From positions 736,001 to 800,000 of the forward strand of contig CAWGAA010000001.1 in the NCBI GenBank assembly GCA_963820525.1: DNA of 64,000 nucleotides, given 5' to 3'. Source of the DNA: an uncultured Spirochaetota bacterium. Lineage in GTDB: Bacteria > Spirochaetota > Spirochaetia > SZUA-6 > Fen-1364. The position numbers and the translations under genes are program-made. Positions 46,247-55,863 of this stretch are shown in pieces. Under the pieces are notes generated by a model. It did not search any database. It saw nothing but the letters and a program-made list of their open reading frames with translations, and was not told the origin of the DNA. Numbering within the stretch: the stretch's first letter is position 1; the number at the start of each line of letters is the position of its first letter.

Positions 46247-47023
46247 ATGCGCAAACTTATCGTAATCATTCTTTTTCTTTCTAGTTCAACTTGCTTTTCA
46301 TTGGACATCAACAAATTTCATTACTATTTCTACGACATCTCAATATTTAGTGAGAAATTTGCTCCTTCTTCTTCAGGAAACCAGATTAATGAAGGCGTGC
46401 TGAGTTACTTGTCTCTTAAACTCGTAGAGGATCACATTGGATTTGACATTTACAGTGATACAATACTTGATTCTTTAAAAATGATGTTGTCCTCCATTCC
46501 ATCACAAATAATGCCTAATGAGTATTATAGAATTATTATTTCCCGTAATAACATAGTACTCATGACTATCGCTGCCAAATTGATTGAAAATATAAATGTT
46601 AACTATGATTATAAACTAGAGTTCTCATTTAAGACTTCAATCAATTCTGCCAAATCGTACTTCTACAAATTAAGGAATATGAATATTATTCTCAACGATA
46701 ACCAGTATAGTCAATACCTATTAAAGAAGGATCTATCCAGCATATTTTCGACTGAAGAGCTCCTCTATTATGCAATTTCAAATCAATTGCAACACAATGC
46801 ATTAGATAGTGCTGTATTGATTAATCATTCTTCTTTACAGCCCTTTCACGCAGACATCTCCAAACTTCAGCTTCCTAAAGATGATATTTCAAGTGATCCT
46901 CATTTCAGTTTGATTAATGACATAATATCAATATTCTCAAAGTCCAATTTCTCTGATTCTTATCAACATTCAGAATCTATTTCAAATTTAGTTAGGACTC
47001 TTGAGGGCGAAAGCATTAAATGA
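46247..47023 (+). CDS. Hypothetical exported protein
   Basis: AGGAG RBS; signal-peptide-like MRKLIVIILFLSSSTCFS. Confidence 0.75.
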   Translation: MRKLIVIILFLSSSTCFSLDINKFHYYFYDISIFSEKFAPSSSGNQINEGVLSYLSLKLVEDHIGFDIYSDTILDSLKMMLSSIPSQIMPNEYYRIIISRNNIVLMTIAAKLIENINVNYDYKLEFSFKTSINSAKSYFYKLRNMNIILNDNQYSQYLLKKDLSSIFSTEELLYYAISNQLQHNALDSAVLINHSSLQPFHADISKLQLPKDDISSDPHFSLINDIISIFSKSNFSDSYQHSESISNLVRTLEGESIK

Positions 47024-47209
47024 TTCGATATTATCCACATAACATGCTGTTGGAGTTGACCGCCTAGGCTACGCGTCGTTACTGATAGCTACGCGTGTTT
47101 AAGTATTTGTACTTGGATGATTCGGTGCGGCAACTCAACAGCGTCGTTATGTCCAGCAAAATCAGGTCCGTGACTTCTGTTAGCATCAACAAACGTTCGG
47201 AGGTGGCTT

Positions 47210-47449
47210 GTGAAAAGGAACAAGGTGCTCGCGGTCTACGACAAGGAACTAGACTCGCTCATGAAGAGGCTGGGTATCCTTGGAGACTTCAAAGCGGGGC
47301 GCCTAAGGTGCGCCTTCTCCGGCGACGTGATCACCGCAGAAAACCTTCATTCGTTCTTTCCTGACAGCGGCGCAGTCAAGGCCTGCTGCGCGAAGCTTGA
47401 TTGCACTCTGAGGCTCCCGGCCCGAATGGAGGAGCTAAACCATGGATGA
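47210..47449 (+). CDS. Small Cys-containing hypothetical protein
   Basis: GGAGG RBS; overlaps the next start; CAFSG...CCAKLDC. Confidence 0.7.
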   Translation: MKRNKVLAVYDKELDSLMKRLGILGDFKAGRLRCAFSGDVITAENLHSFFPDSGAVKACCAKLDCTLRLPARMEELNHG

Positions 47450-48488
47450 ACTGTGGAAGGTGATCGTTCCGGTGGTGACAGCGCCGACCGCCATTGTGAT
47501 CTTGCTACTCTTTTTTCCGGACAAGATCGAAAAGTGGTCGTCACTGCTGTGGAAGCTCCTGCGAAACGCCAAGCTAATCTACGACTTTGCGAACCGGAGA
47601 TACATAAAGCATGATCTTCAGTCAAGGATAAACGAGTTTGTCTCGCGCATGGGCAGAATCGTGCCGAACCTCGAGACCAACAGAATCGCTCTCGAATGGG
47701 TTGAGGGAAAGGTCGACAAGTCTAGCTTCCTTCGGGATGGGAAAGTGATTCTCCGACTTCGGCAAAATGATCCCAAGGACGAGAATTTTGTCCATGGTGC
47801 ATATCACTTTGTCGCCACCTCCTTACTCTACAAGGTAAAAAGGTACATTACCCTTACGCAAAAAGAGTGCCTGGATCTGTATGTCACCGCGGAATTGCTA
47901 AGGGACGAAAAGCCCGGCATCCTTGGCTATTACTTGGACGAGTACATCCATCCAAAGCTGGCCGACGCGAAGCGTCTCAAGTACTACGACAAGTATGACA
48001 AGATCAACAAGGGAGGCTACTTCTATCCAGTCTACATTCACGAGCTCGACTTTCTTGGAAATCGTGTGTTCGGAAAGCGGCGGGACGACCTAATCCATTC
48101 CGAAGTGGATGCGTTGATTGACTTTCTCCTGAAAGTCTCTAGCCGCAAGATTGGAGACGAAAGCGATCTAGATTTCAGCCAGGGGTACTGCAAATTCGGA
48201 ATAATGATAATCGGCAAGCCAAGCAAGATTCACAGCATTGATCCGTACGTATCCTTTGTGAGAAACCATTTGGTGTCTCAAAGGATAAACAGCGTCTACC
48301 TCATTGCTGTGAAGGACAACAAGGAGAAAGTTGATCAGATCTGTGCCCAACTCAAAGACGCCTTCGACGTAGTCCATACGGGTCTCTCCAGCGCACTGCT
48401 ATCGTATCCGAATGGTCAGGAGCTAAGGCGAAGTCAGTACTACGCTGTGCTACGAAGAGTGGGTCTAGACTTCTATCAAGCGTCGTAA
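47442..48488 (+). CDS. Hypothetical protein with N-terminal membrane anchor
   Basis: 348 aa ORF, GGAGGAG RBS, hydrophobic residues 7-25. Confidence 0.8.
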   Translation: MDELWKVIVPVVTAPTAIVILLLFFPDKIEKWSSLLWKLLRNAKLIYDFANRRYIKHDLQSRINEFVSRMGRIVPNLETNRIALEWVEGKVDKSSFLRDGKVILRLRQNDPKDENFVHGAYHFVATSLLYKVKRYITLTQKECLDLYVTAELLRDEKPGILGYYLDEYIHPKLADAKRLKYYDKYDKINKGGYFYPVYIHELDFLGNRVFGKRRDDLIHSEVDALIDFLLKVSSRKIGDESDLDFSQGYCKFGIMIIGKPSKIHSIDPYVSFVRNHLVSQRINSVYLIAVKDNKEKVDQICAQLKDAFDVVHTGLSSALLSYPNGQELRRSQYYAVLRRVGLDFYQAS

Positions 48489-48636
48489 TGAGCTGGACAT
48501 AACAAGTCGCTGAAGCTGACCCCTAAGGTGCATCTCTGTTTCGAAGGTGGGCCGCTTGCTGGGGTTCGCTTCGCGTTGGTGATTCGGCGGGGCAGCTTAG
48601 CTCTATGTTATCCTGCATATTCAAAAGGAGACCATA

Positions 48637-49722
48637 ATGATACGCAATCGCTTTTCTAAGATTCTCACTCAAATGTTTAGCATAATATTTGCTTTTTTTA
48701 TTCTCGCTAATACTGTTTTTGCAGATGATTCACATATTTATATGGGTTCCATTATTAACAGAAACAAGATATTCTTATCAATTGATAATGGGTCAACGAC
48801 TATTCGTATTCCAGAAGCTTATAATATTATTTCTCCATCTTCATATAATCCATTATCAAGACTTATCTTATTGAGCAAGAGCAATTCTTTGTATGTATTT
48901 AATTGCGACTCATCTAAAATAAATCCCATTTTGACCAATTTTAAACCAAATAATAGCGAAATTGAAATTATTCAATCTGTTAGCGATGATAATTCCTTTC
49001 TAATTTCTACATATTCTATCAGTGAAGATTCTATTTATTCAGAAAAACACTATAATGATTATTACTTCCTTAATGCAATTTACAAACGCTATAGTAAAGT
49101 ACCAGAATTCCTAAATGCGATATTGAAAGATAATACAAATCAAATAGTCTATGATTCAGCTAATTCTTCAATTATAAAATGGCTTGCTGGTGAAGGTCGC
49201 TATATGCCCTTGCCAATAGAAATCATTGATCTAAAAACTGGTCTCTCTAGTGAGTTAATACGCGAAACCGATTTTCCAGTAGATCCACTGTTTAATATTA
49301 ATTATTATAATAATTTTCTTATTGGCACTCCTAAGAACATTTCTATAACTAATCAAGTATTTGTATACTCAATTAGAAGCAGCTTACTTAAGAAATATAC
49401 ATTATCTAACATTGAACATTTCGACTATGCATATTCTTCCATTTATGATGATAGTAGTGATTCTTTACTAATTGGTCAAAAAGATAGCATATTAAGGCTA
49501 AAACTACAGACTGCAAAAATAAGTGATGTATTAATTCATTCTGATAATAAAGTCTATCTAAATAAGATGTACTTAATATCTAATAGACTTGTTTATCAAA
49601 GTAATAATAAGATTGTCATCTTAGATCCAAACAACTTATCAATTATAAATACATATACTCTTATGGGAATCGACAAATCAAAACCGAATACCGAATTTGG
49701 GATTTTCAATTTGTCTGACTAA
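48637..49722 (+). CDS. Hypothetical exported protein (possible beta-propeller)
   Basis: AAAGGAG RBS; signal peptide ending VFA; AT-rich. Confidence 0.75.
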   Translation: MIRNRFSKILTQMFSIIFAFFILANTVFADDSHIYMGSIINRNKIFLSIDNGSTTIRIPEAYNIISPSSYNPLSRLILLSKSNSLYVFNCDSSKINPILTNFKPNNSEIEIIQSVSDDNSFLISTYSISEDSIYSEKHYNDYYFLNAIYKRYSKVPEFLNAILKDNTNQIVYDSANSSIIKWLAGEGRYMPLPIEIIDLKTGLSSELIRETDFPVDPLFNINYYNNFLIGTPKNISITNQVFVYSIRSSLLKKYTLSNIEHFDYAYSSIYDDSSDSLLIGQKDSILRLKLQTAKISDVLIHSDNKVYLNKMYLISNRLVYQSNNKIVILDPNNLSIINTYTLMGIDKSKPNTEFGIFNLSD

Positions 49723-49787
49723 TTTTTTTGAGTTCTTGCATGATTCGGATGCAGGATAACATGCTGTTGGAGATTGTTTTAGAAATG

Positions 49788-51194
49788 TCAAGCAGTTTTT
49801 TTCGTGACCGCTTGTTTTTTCCTCCCCCCTTTTGTTCGCGTACCTTGAGCCTTGCAGTTCTTGACCTTCTTAGTACTCTTCGATTTATTTAATCTTGGGG
49901 ATGAGGGCGATATGTTGCTTTTGCGACTTTGATCGCCGCGGGTAACACCGCTTGCCATATCGCCTTCTCCCTCTTTCAGAATCTTTTGTCCCAAATCGTT
50001 TGCCTTCGATTCATTGAGGGCAGAAAGCTCACGAAAGATCACGCGTACAAGCGCTCGTGCCACCCTCTTAGTCGCCTCCAGGGGCCGCATTCCCGCCTTC
50101 ACAAGGTTCCTGTAATAACCCGCCAGGTGAGAGCCGGGATCGTAGAAGACCACGTTGCGCGCCGCCGTCATAAAAGCGTCCTTCAATCGATGGTTAAACA
50201 ACCGCGTAGGGATCATCATGGTGGTGTTGCCCGTTGTATGTTCCCTCATTCCCAAGCCACTGTAGCAGGCCAGGCTGTCCTCACGGGCGAATCGGCGAAT
50301 GTCGATGATCTCGGCAATCATCTTCGCCGCGGTGAGGGTCGCAATACCGCGGCGGCTTTTCAGGCACTGCACTGCGAGGTTCCCTTGAGTAAGGCTATCC
50401 AGCATCCCAAGAAGCTCGCTCTGCTCCCCTTTGAACCGCTCGATCTGTTGGGCGCTGTTTCTGATCACCAACGCGATCCCCGCGGAGATCGAGGGAAAGC
50501 TTTCGGCTGCCTCTCGCAGCTCCGCGATGAGCTCGCCCCGTCCCTTGTAGTTGCCTCCCCCCATCGCCTCCCGCATATCCGTCTGCGAAAGGCGTTTCCA
50601 TTCTCCAATGTCCGGCTTGGAGATAAAAAGAGTGAGAATCCCCTGGTTTTTGAGCACTTTTCCCCGCTGCTCGTTCTCCCTATTCTTGCCCCCGAGCAGC
50701 AGATACAGATCCGGGCAGGCGTACCGCAAAAGCTTCCACAGCCGGTTCATTTCCCCCGTCAGTTGATCGCTGAGGCTCTCCCAGCGGCGAGTAAGAGCTT
50801 GCAGCTCCATATCCGCGATCCACACACGCCGATACTGATCAAGCTTGCCCTGCGCCTCCAAGGCTAGAGCATACCTCGCAACCGATTCCGCGTCCCGCTC
50901 GTTATTCTTGTTCTGGCCCAGCACCGCCTTCCTGAACTTTTCCGTGTCCGCGGGTTTGAAGGAATGAAAGATCACTCCCCCTTCCCGCAGCGCCTTCTCG
51001 ATAGGTCGGCTCTGCCCATGAGTGCCTTCGATCCCCACGATCGGCTTCCCTTCGGCTTTCACCCAGCGAAGGAACTCACTCAAGCCATTCTGGCTCACCG
51101 AAAATCGTTTCGTAATCACCTGAGCTTTGCTGTCCTTGACCAACGCGCAGACAAATCCTGTGGAGTCCGGGTCTATTCCGATCGAACTGTTCAC
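49788..51194 (-). CDS. IS110-family recombinase/transposase
   Basis: GIDPD, VGIEGT, KNNERDA (RuvC-like); LKSRRGIATLTAAKMIAEIIDIRRF, CYSGL, ARALVRVIF (Tnp domain). Confidence 0.93.
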   Translation of the reverse strand: MNSSIGIDPDSTGFVCALVKDSKAQVITKRFSVSQNGLSEFLRWVKAEGKPIVGIEGTHGQSRPIEKALREGGVIFHSFKPADTEKFRKAVLGQNKNNERDAESVARYALALEAQGKLDQYRRVWIADMELQALTRRWESLSDQLTGEMNRLWKLLRYACPDLYLLLGGKNRENEQRGKVLKNQGILTLFISKPDIGEWKRLSQTDMREAMGGGNYKGRGELIAELREAAESFPSISAGIALVIRNSAQQIERFKGEQSELLGMLDSLTQGNLAVQCLKSRRGIATLTAAKMIAEIIDIRRFAREDSLACYSGLGMREHTTGNTTMMIPTRLFNHRLKDAFMTAARNVVFYDPGSHLAGYYRNLVKAGMRPLEATKRVARALVRVIFRELSALNESKANDLGQKILKEGEGDMASGVTRGDQSRKSNISPSSPRLNKSKSTKKVKNCKAQGTRTKGGRKKQAVTKKTA

Positions 51195-51227
51195 ACACTC
51201 ACCCCCAAATCCTTAAGGCGTATATAC

Positions 51228-51495
51228 CCGTTCCGTCATCCTTGTAGGGAGCCACTGCCTCGCGTGGAGGGCAGGCATTTGTTTTACATGACAAGAACGG
51301 CCCTTGTGGCGCTGGCAATCTCCAACAAGTCGTCTCCAGGACGGCAGCTGACAGCCCGAGCAACAACGCCACAAGGTGTTCTCTATTCATACCGATCCAT
51401 GAGCGTCAATCCCCTTTTCCCACATATCCACAATCTGTTAGTCTCCCTCCCCCAGACCCCCTCCCTCGCTTACCGCCGTTGTCATTCTCTCCTCA
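51228..51495 (-). ncRNA. Putative IS110 bridge RNA (target-binding loop 51302-51376, donor-binding loop 51228-51300)
   Basis: Two stem-closed internal loops whose guide segments match the attC target and the element junction; 5' end inferred from the junction promoter. Confidence 0.85.
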
Positions 51496-52065
51496 TGCAT
51501 ATATCCTACAAGTTGACGCCTTAGGTTGGTTTTACAACTGCTACCCTACTCCTTAGAACTATTTGTGCCGTGCTTTGGGCGGCGGCGCAACTCAACAGCG
51601 TCGTTATATCCACGCTAAAGAAATTCTTTGGGAGAATGTTTTGCTTGTTCTGTTTTGAATTACTCAAAGCAAATAAAGAATTCTCTTTCACAATCTTGCG
51701 GGTTTTACCTTGTTGAATTCTTTTGATACCTTTGCGCGGGCCATCTACGTTCCTGTTGGAACAGCTCGCGCACGTTAGCTAAAGGGGCATTAATTACCTT
51801 TTTTAGCATCACTTTCTTTCGCTTTGCCTGAATTCTATCATCAATCAACTAACCTGATATTTTATCCATATCGTGAAGCTTGTCCTTCGGCCCGCGCATA
51901 TTGGTCTGTTTCCGCGTAGATATAACATGCTGTTGGAGTTGACCGCCTAGGCGACGCTCCCCTACTTTCAACTACGCGCGGTAATGCATTTTGTGCTTGG
52001 ATGATTCGGGGCGGCAACTCAACAGCGTCGTTATATCCATCTAGATTTATATTGATTAGCGAAGA

Positions 52066-53073
52066 AAGGGGTATTTACTTGACTCTACCAATCTTTGTCT
52101 GGCCGACGCCAGCACGAACAAGCTCTCTGAAAGGCGCTGGGTCAACGGCCACTGCCTGTTGCAGAAGCCTATAGAATAGTTTTCCACGATGGGTTGAGGT
52201 GCGCCGATTGAACCGGAAGGTGAACTCGTCGAGGTAGAACTCAAGATGATCCCGAGATACCCCACCCTGATGAGTTCCCAACAACCATCTCTTCAGCAAG
52301 GATGCCACCCTGTGAACTCTGGGCATCAAAGTAGACGCGGACTTTCCGCTTCCGCTGATCAGTCGTAATTTATGCCGGTAGCCATGCTCATTGAGCCACT
52401 CATAACCTTCCCAGCCATCGGTGATCACAATGGATCCTGGCTCCACAGCATCTTGCACAAAAGGGCGGAGACTGTTCGCAGAAGCATCATCGATGCGACT
52501 CAATCTGATCCGACCGATGCCATTTCCATCCACTTGGGCTGCAATTACTACAAGGGCCTTGTTTCCGAGGTGCCGGCGGCCTCCTTCAGGCTCCACCCCA
52601 CCAACATAGGTTTCATCCACTTCGATCTTGCCCGTAAGGCGATCCCTGCCGGGCCGCACCATAGCTCGCCTGAGTTTCTGTAGACAGGCCCAAGCCGTTT
52701 TATAGCTTCCAAGCCCCAGCAAACGCTGGAGTCCCAAGGCACTGATCCCTTGTTTCTGATTCGTAACCCACCATATAGCTCTGAACCATGTTCGAAGGGG
52801 AAGATGGCTACGATGGAAGATTGTACCCGCAAGTGCGGAAGCCTGGTAACCGCAATTCGAGCACTTCAGAAGCCCTCGTCCCAACGACCAATATGCTACG
52901 CTGCGGCACCGCGGGCAGTGAAAGCCTTTAGGCCAGCGCAATTGGAGCAGGTAGGTACGGCAGTCCTCTTCATTCGAGAATCGTTCCTCGAACTCGCTGA
53001 GATTCTGAGGGAAATCCTCCATACCTCCAATATCCTAGCCCGGAAAGCTGGTAGAGTCAAGTAAATACCCCTT
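52066..53073 (-). mobile_element. IS1595-family element
   Basis: 25-bp IRs AAGGGGTATTTACTTGACTCTACCA; 8-bp duplication AGCGAAGA at 52058-65 and 53074-81; inside a family B cassette. Confidence 0.94.
52075..53022 (-). CDS. IS1595-family transposase
   Basis: RWPKGFHCPRC zinc finger, EVDETYVGG, ITDGW, YLDEFTFRFN. Confidence 0.93.
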   Translation of the reverse strand: MEDFPQNLSEFEERFSNEEDCRTYLLQLRWPKGFHCPRCRSVAYWSLGRGLLKCSNCGYQASALAGTIFHRSHLPLRTWFRAIWWVTNQKQGISALGLQRLLGLGSYKTAWACLQKLRRAMVRPGRDRLTGKIEVDETYVGGVEPEGGRRHLGNKALVVIAAQVDGNGIGRIRLSRIDDASANSLRPFVQDAVEPGSIVITDGWEGYEWLNEHGYRHKLRLISGSGKSASTLMPRVHRVASLLKRWLLGTHQGGVSRDHLEFYLDEFTFRFNRRTSTHRGKLFYRLLQQAVAVDPAPFRELVRAGVGQTKIGRVK

Positions 53074-54146
53074 AGCGAAGAGACAACGAATTATTAATTC
53101 AATAATAGAAGATAAGACGCTTTTCAGTAGCTTTTTTGCCCATGATGGCGTTGGCATTGTTCTGGAAGGATGGCGGTGTTGTACTACATTTGGTTGCTTG
53201 TTTTTAGTTTCAATGTATGGCACGTCACCTTGGCTTATTGTCACCGATTACATTCAACGGCTCGTATCAAGCTCTTTCAATTGATTCGATAGATCTTTTC
53301 TGCTTTCCTCAACGCCATCATACTGGATGGACATAACATGCGGTTGGAGTTGTCCGCCTAGGTTACGCGTCGCTACCGATTGTTACGCTTGATATGGTTC
53401 CTTCGGTTGCTGATTCGGGGCGGCAACTCAACCGCGTCGTTATATCCATCTAGATTTATATTGATTAGAAAATAAGCAACGAATTATTAATTCAATAATA
53501 GAAAATAAGACGCTTTTCAATAGCTTTTTGCCCATCATGGCGTTGGCATTGTTCTGGAAGGATGGCGGTGTTGTACTACATTTGGTTGCTTGTTTTTAGT
53601 TTCAATGTATGGCACGTCACCTTGGCTTATTATCACCGATTACATTCAACGGCTCGTATCAAGCTCTTTCAATTGATTCGATAGATCTTTCCTGCTTTCC
53701 TCAACGCCATCATACTGGATGGACATAACATGCGGTTGGAGTTGTCCGCCTAGGTTACGCGTCGTTACTGATTGTTACGCTTGCTATGGTTCCTTCGGTT
53801 GCTGATTCGGGGCGGCAACTCAACCGCGTCGTTAGGTTGTTCTAGGGCTCCTGCTCAATCGTCCTATTAATCTTATTACTACCTAGAAATACCAAGATTT
53901 ACTGCTTTCTTTGACCTTCTCAGTTCCATATGCTCTCAGAATGAACATCTCTTTGCATCTAGTTCCTGAATGAAAGCAATCCCATAGACTGATAGCCACA
54001 TTAGTTTCTTTCATTCTTAATTGATTGAATCAATTACAGACTATGAGCCTTAAGCATATTCCAGACAAATGAGGCCCCAGTTGATGATTTAACTAGTATG
54101 TGTCATAGTATTAAAGGATTTGATTTTTCTTTCAAGGGAGTGCTGA

Positions 54147-54425
54147 GTGCCTCTTCTCTTCCAGTGGGATCCAAGGAAAGCACATGCAAACGAAAGAAAA
54201 CATGGCATATCTTTTGAAGAAGCTTCTTCGGCATTCGGCGACCCTCTCTCAATCACAATTTATGATCCTGATCACTCTCGAGATGAAAAAAGGTATATTC
54301 TAGTAGGAGAAACATTGAGTCGTCGACTTGTTGTTATCTCCCATACTGAAGATGGAGATCTTATACGGATTATAAGCGCTCGTTTGGCTACAAAACGAGA
54401 ACGGAAAGCATATGAACAAGATTAA
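54147..54425 (+). CDS. brnT: BrnT family toxin
   Basis: FQWDPRKAHANERKHGISFEEA...IRIISARLATKRER. Confidence 0.92.
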   Translation: MPLLFQWDPRKAHANERKHGISFEEASSAFGDPLSITIYDPDHSRDEKRYILVGETLSRRLVVISHTEDGDLIRIISARLATKRERKAYEQD

Positions 54426-54624
54426 AGGAAGATCCGGAGGTACATACATGCGTTCTGAGTATGATTTTTCTAAGGGGATAAGAGGTAAGTACTCAAAACG
54501 CTTTTCTAAAGGAACAAATATCATTGTATTAGATCCAGATGTCGCTAAGGTATTTAAAGATTCCAAATCAGTTAATAATATCCTTCGTACTCTTGCCAAA
54601 ATAGCCGCACAAAAAGCCAAATAG
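54412..54624 (+). CDS. BrnA-type antitoxin
   Basis: EYDFSKGIRGKY...LDPDVAKVF...VNNILR; overlaps the toxin stop; start may be ATG 54448. Confidence 0.82.
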   Translation: MNKIKGRSGGTYMRSEYDFSKGIRGKYSKRFSKGTNIIVLDPDVAKVFKDSKSVNNILRTLAKIAAQKAK

Positions 54625-54629
54625 AACAA

Positions 54630-55715
54630 CCTGAATTCAACCTCGAAGTGCAACGATTCTTATTTTTCATGATACACCTCCTGGGGCGTTCTGTAGCCGT
54701 GCCGTTTTCTAGGCCTTGAGTTTAGGCTAAAGGCAATCTGCTCGCATAGAGCTTGAGTGACATCCCTCATGCAGGTTTTCTTTGGAAGATACTGACGGAT
54801 CAAACCGTTTAGGTTCTCGTTGCTGCCTCGCTCCCAGGAATGATAAGGCGTTGCAAAGTAGCATTTCAGTTCGGAATGATCCTCCAGGGTCCTGTAGTCA
54901 TGGAATTCTGTACCGTTGTCCAAGGTGAGTGTCTTGAAGTTGGCTACGTTCTCCCTAATAGCCGGCAGTGCTGCCTCTGTTACTGAGGCTGCTGTTCTTG
55001 AGCTCATTTTCCTTATGATAGCAAATCCCGACTTTCGTTCCACCAGAGTGAGGATGCAGTGATGAAGGTCCCTGCCCATGACGGTGTCGCCCTCCCAATG
55101 ACCCAATTCTTTACGAGTTTCAACCTCTGGAGGCCTCGTTGAAATATGGCGTTTTCCTGGGAGAATTCCTCTTGAATCCCTTGAATTGTAACGTTTTCGC
55201 CGCAGTTTCGGCATGATTCGAAGGTTCTTAAATAGCGTTCCTCCATGTTTCTTATCGTTCAGGATGTACTTGTAGATGGTCTCGTGACTGATTGTGAATG
55301 ATCCATTCTTCTTCTGGTAAGCAGATATCTGTTCAGGGCTCCATTTCTCTTTCAAAAGAACAGTTACTTGCTGCATTTGTTCTGGGCTGAAGCGCGAACC
55401 GCGCCTTTCACGTCGCCGTCTTGCAGTTGAATAGCTTTGGGCAAGCTCAGCTCGGTACCTCAAGTCATGGTTAGTTCGGTTTCGATGAAGTTCCCTGCTG
55501 ATCGTGCTAGCTGAGCGACCTAGCTCACGTGCAATGTCAGCTTTAGATCTTCGGCTTACTAAAAAAGCTGTTATGGTGTATCTTTCTTCTCGAGAGAGTT
55601 GGTGATAGTTATTCATGTATGAATCCCCTTTCTTGGCGGAAAATGGAGGCATACAATAATATCTCAGCTCTCTCATTTTTAATCCATATCGTTGCGCTTA
55701 CTATTTGAACCTGCG
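54630..55715 (-). mobile_element. IS30-family element copy 4 (transposase 54660-55676)
   Basis: Same IRs; CAA duplication. Confidence 0.95.
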
Positions 55716-55863
55716 CAACCTAACATGCTGTTGGAGTTGACCGCCTAGGCTACTCTTCGTTACCAATAACTACGCGCATTAAATAATTTGTACTTGGATG
55801 AATCGGGGCGGCAACTCAACAGCGTCGTTACGCGCTCATAAATTAAACACATTGTGAAAATAG

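Larger units (their letters stand above)
49773..51510 (-). mobile_element. IS110-family element inserted in the L'' box of an attC site
   Basis: Flanks TGTTGG-AG | element | AG-TTGAC rebuild attC L'' GTTGGAGTTGAC; core AG (CT in element orientation) at 49771-72 and 51511-12; no terminal IRs. Confidence 0.93.

Noticed and set aside
51199..51390. 63-aa ORF upstream of the IS110 recombinase
   Set aside because: It overlaps the guide-bearing stem-loops, which explain the sequence better as RNA.
49773..51510. Assignment to the IS1111-attC subgroup
   Set aside because: No sub-terminal inverted repeats are visible and the long non-coding region is upstream, not downstream, of the transposase; phylogeny is needed to be sure.
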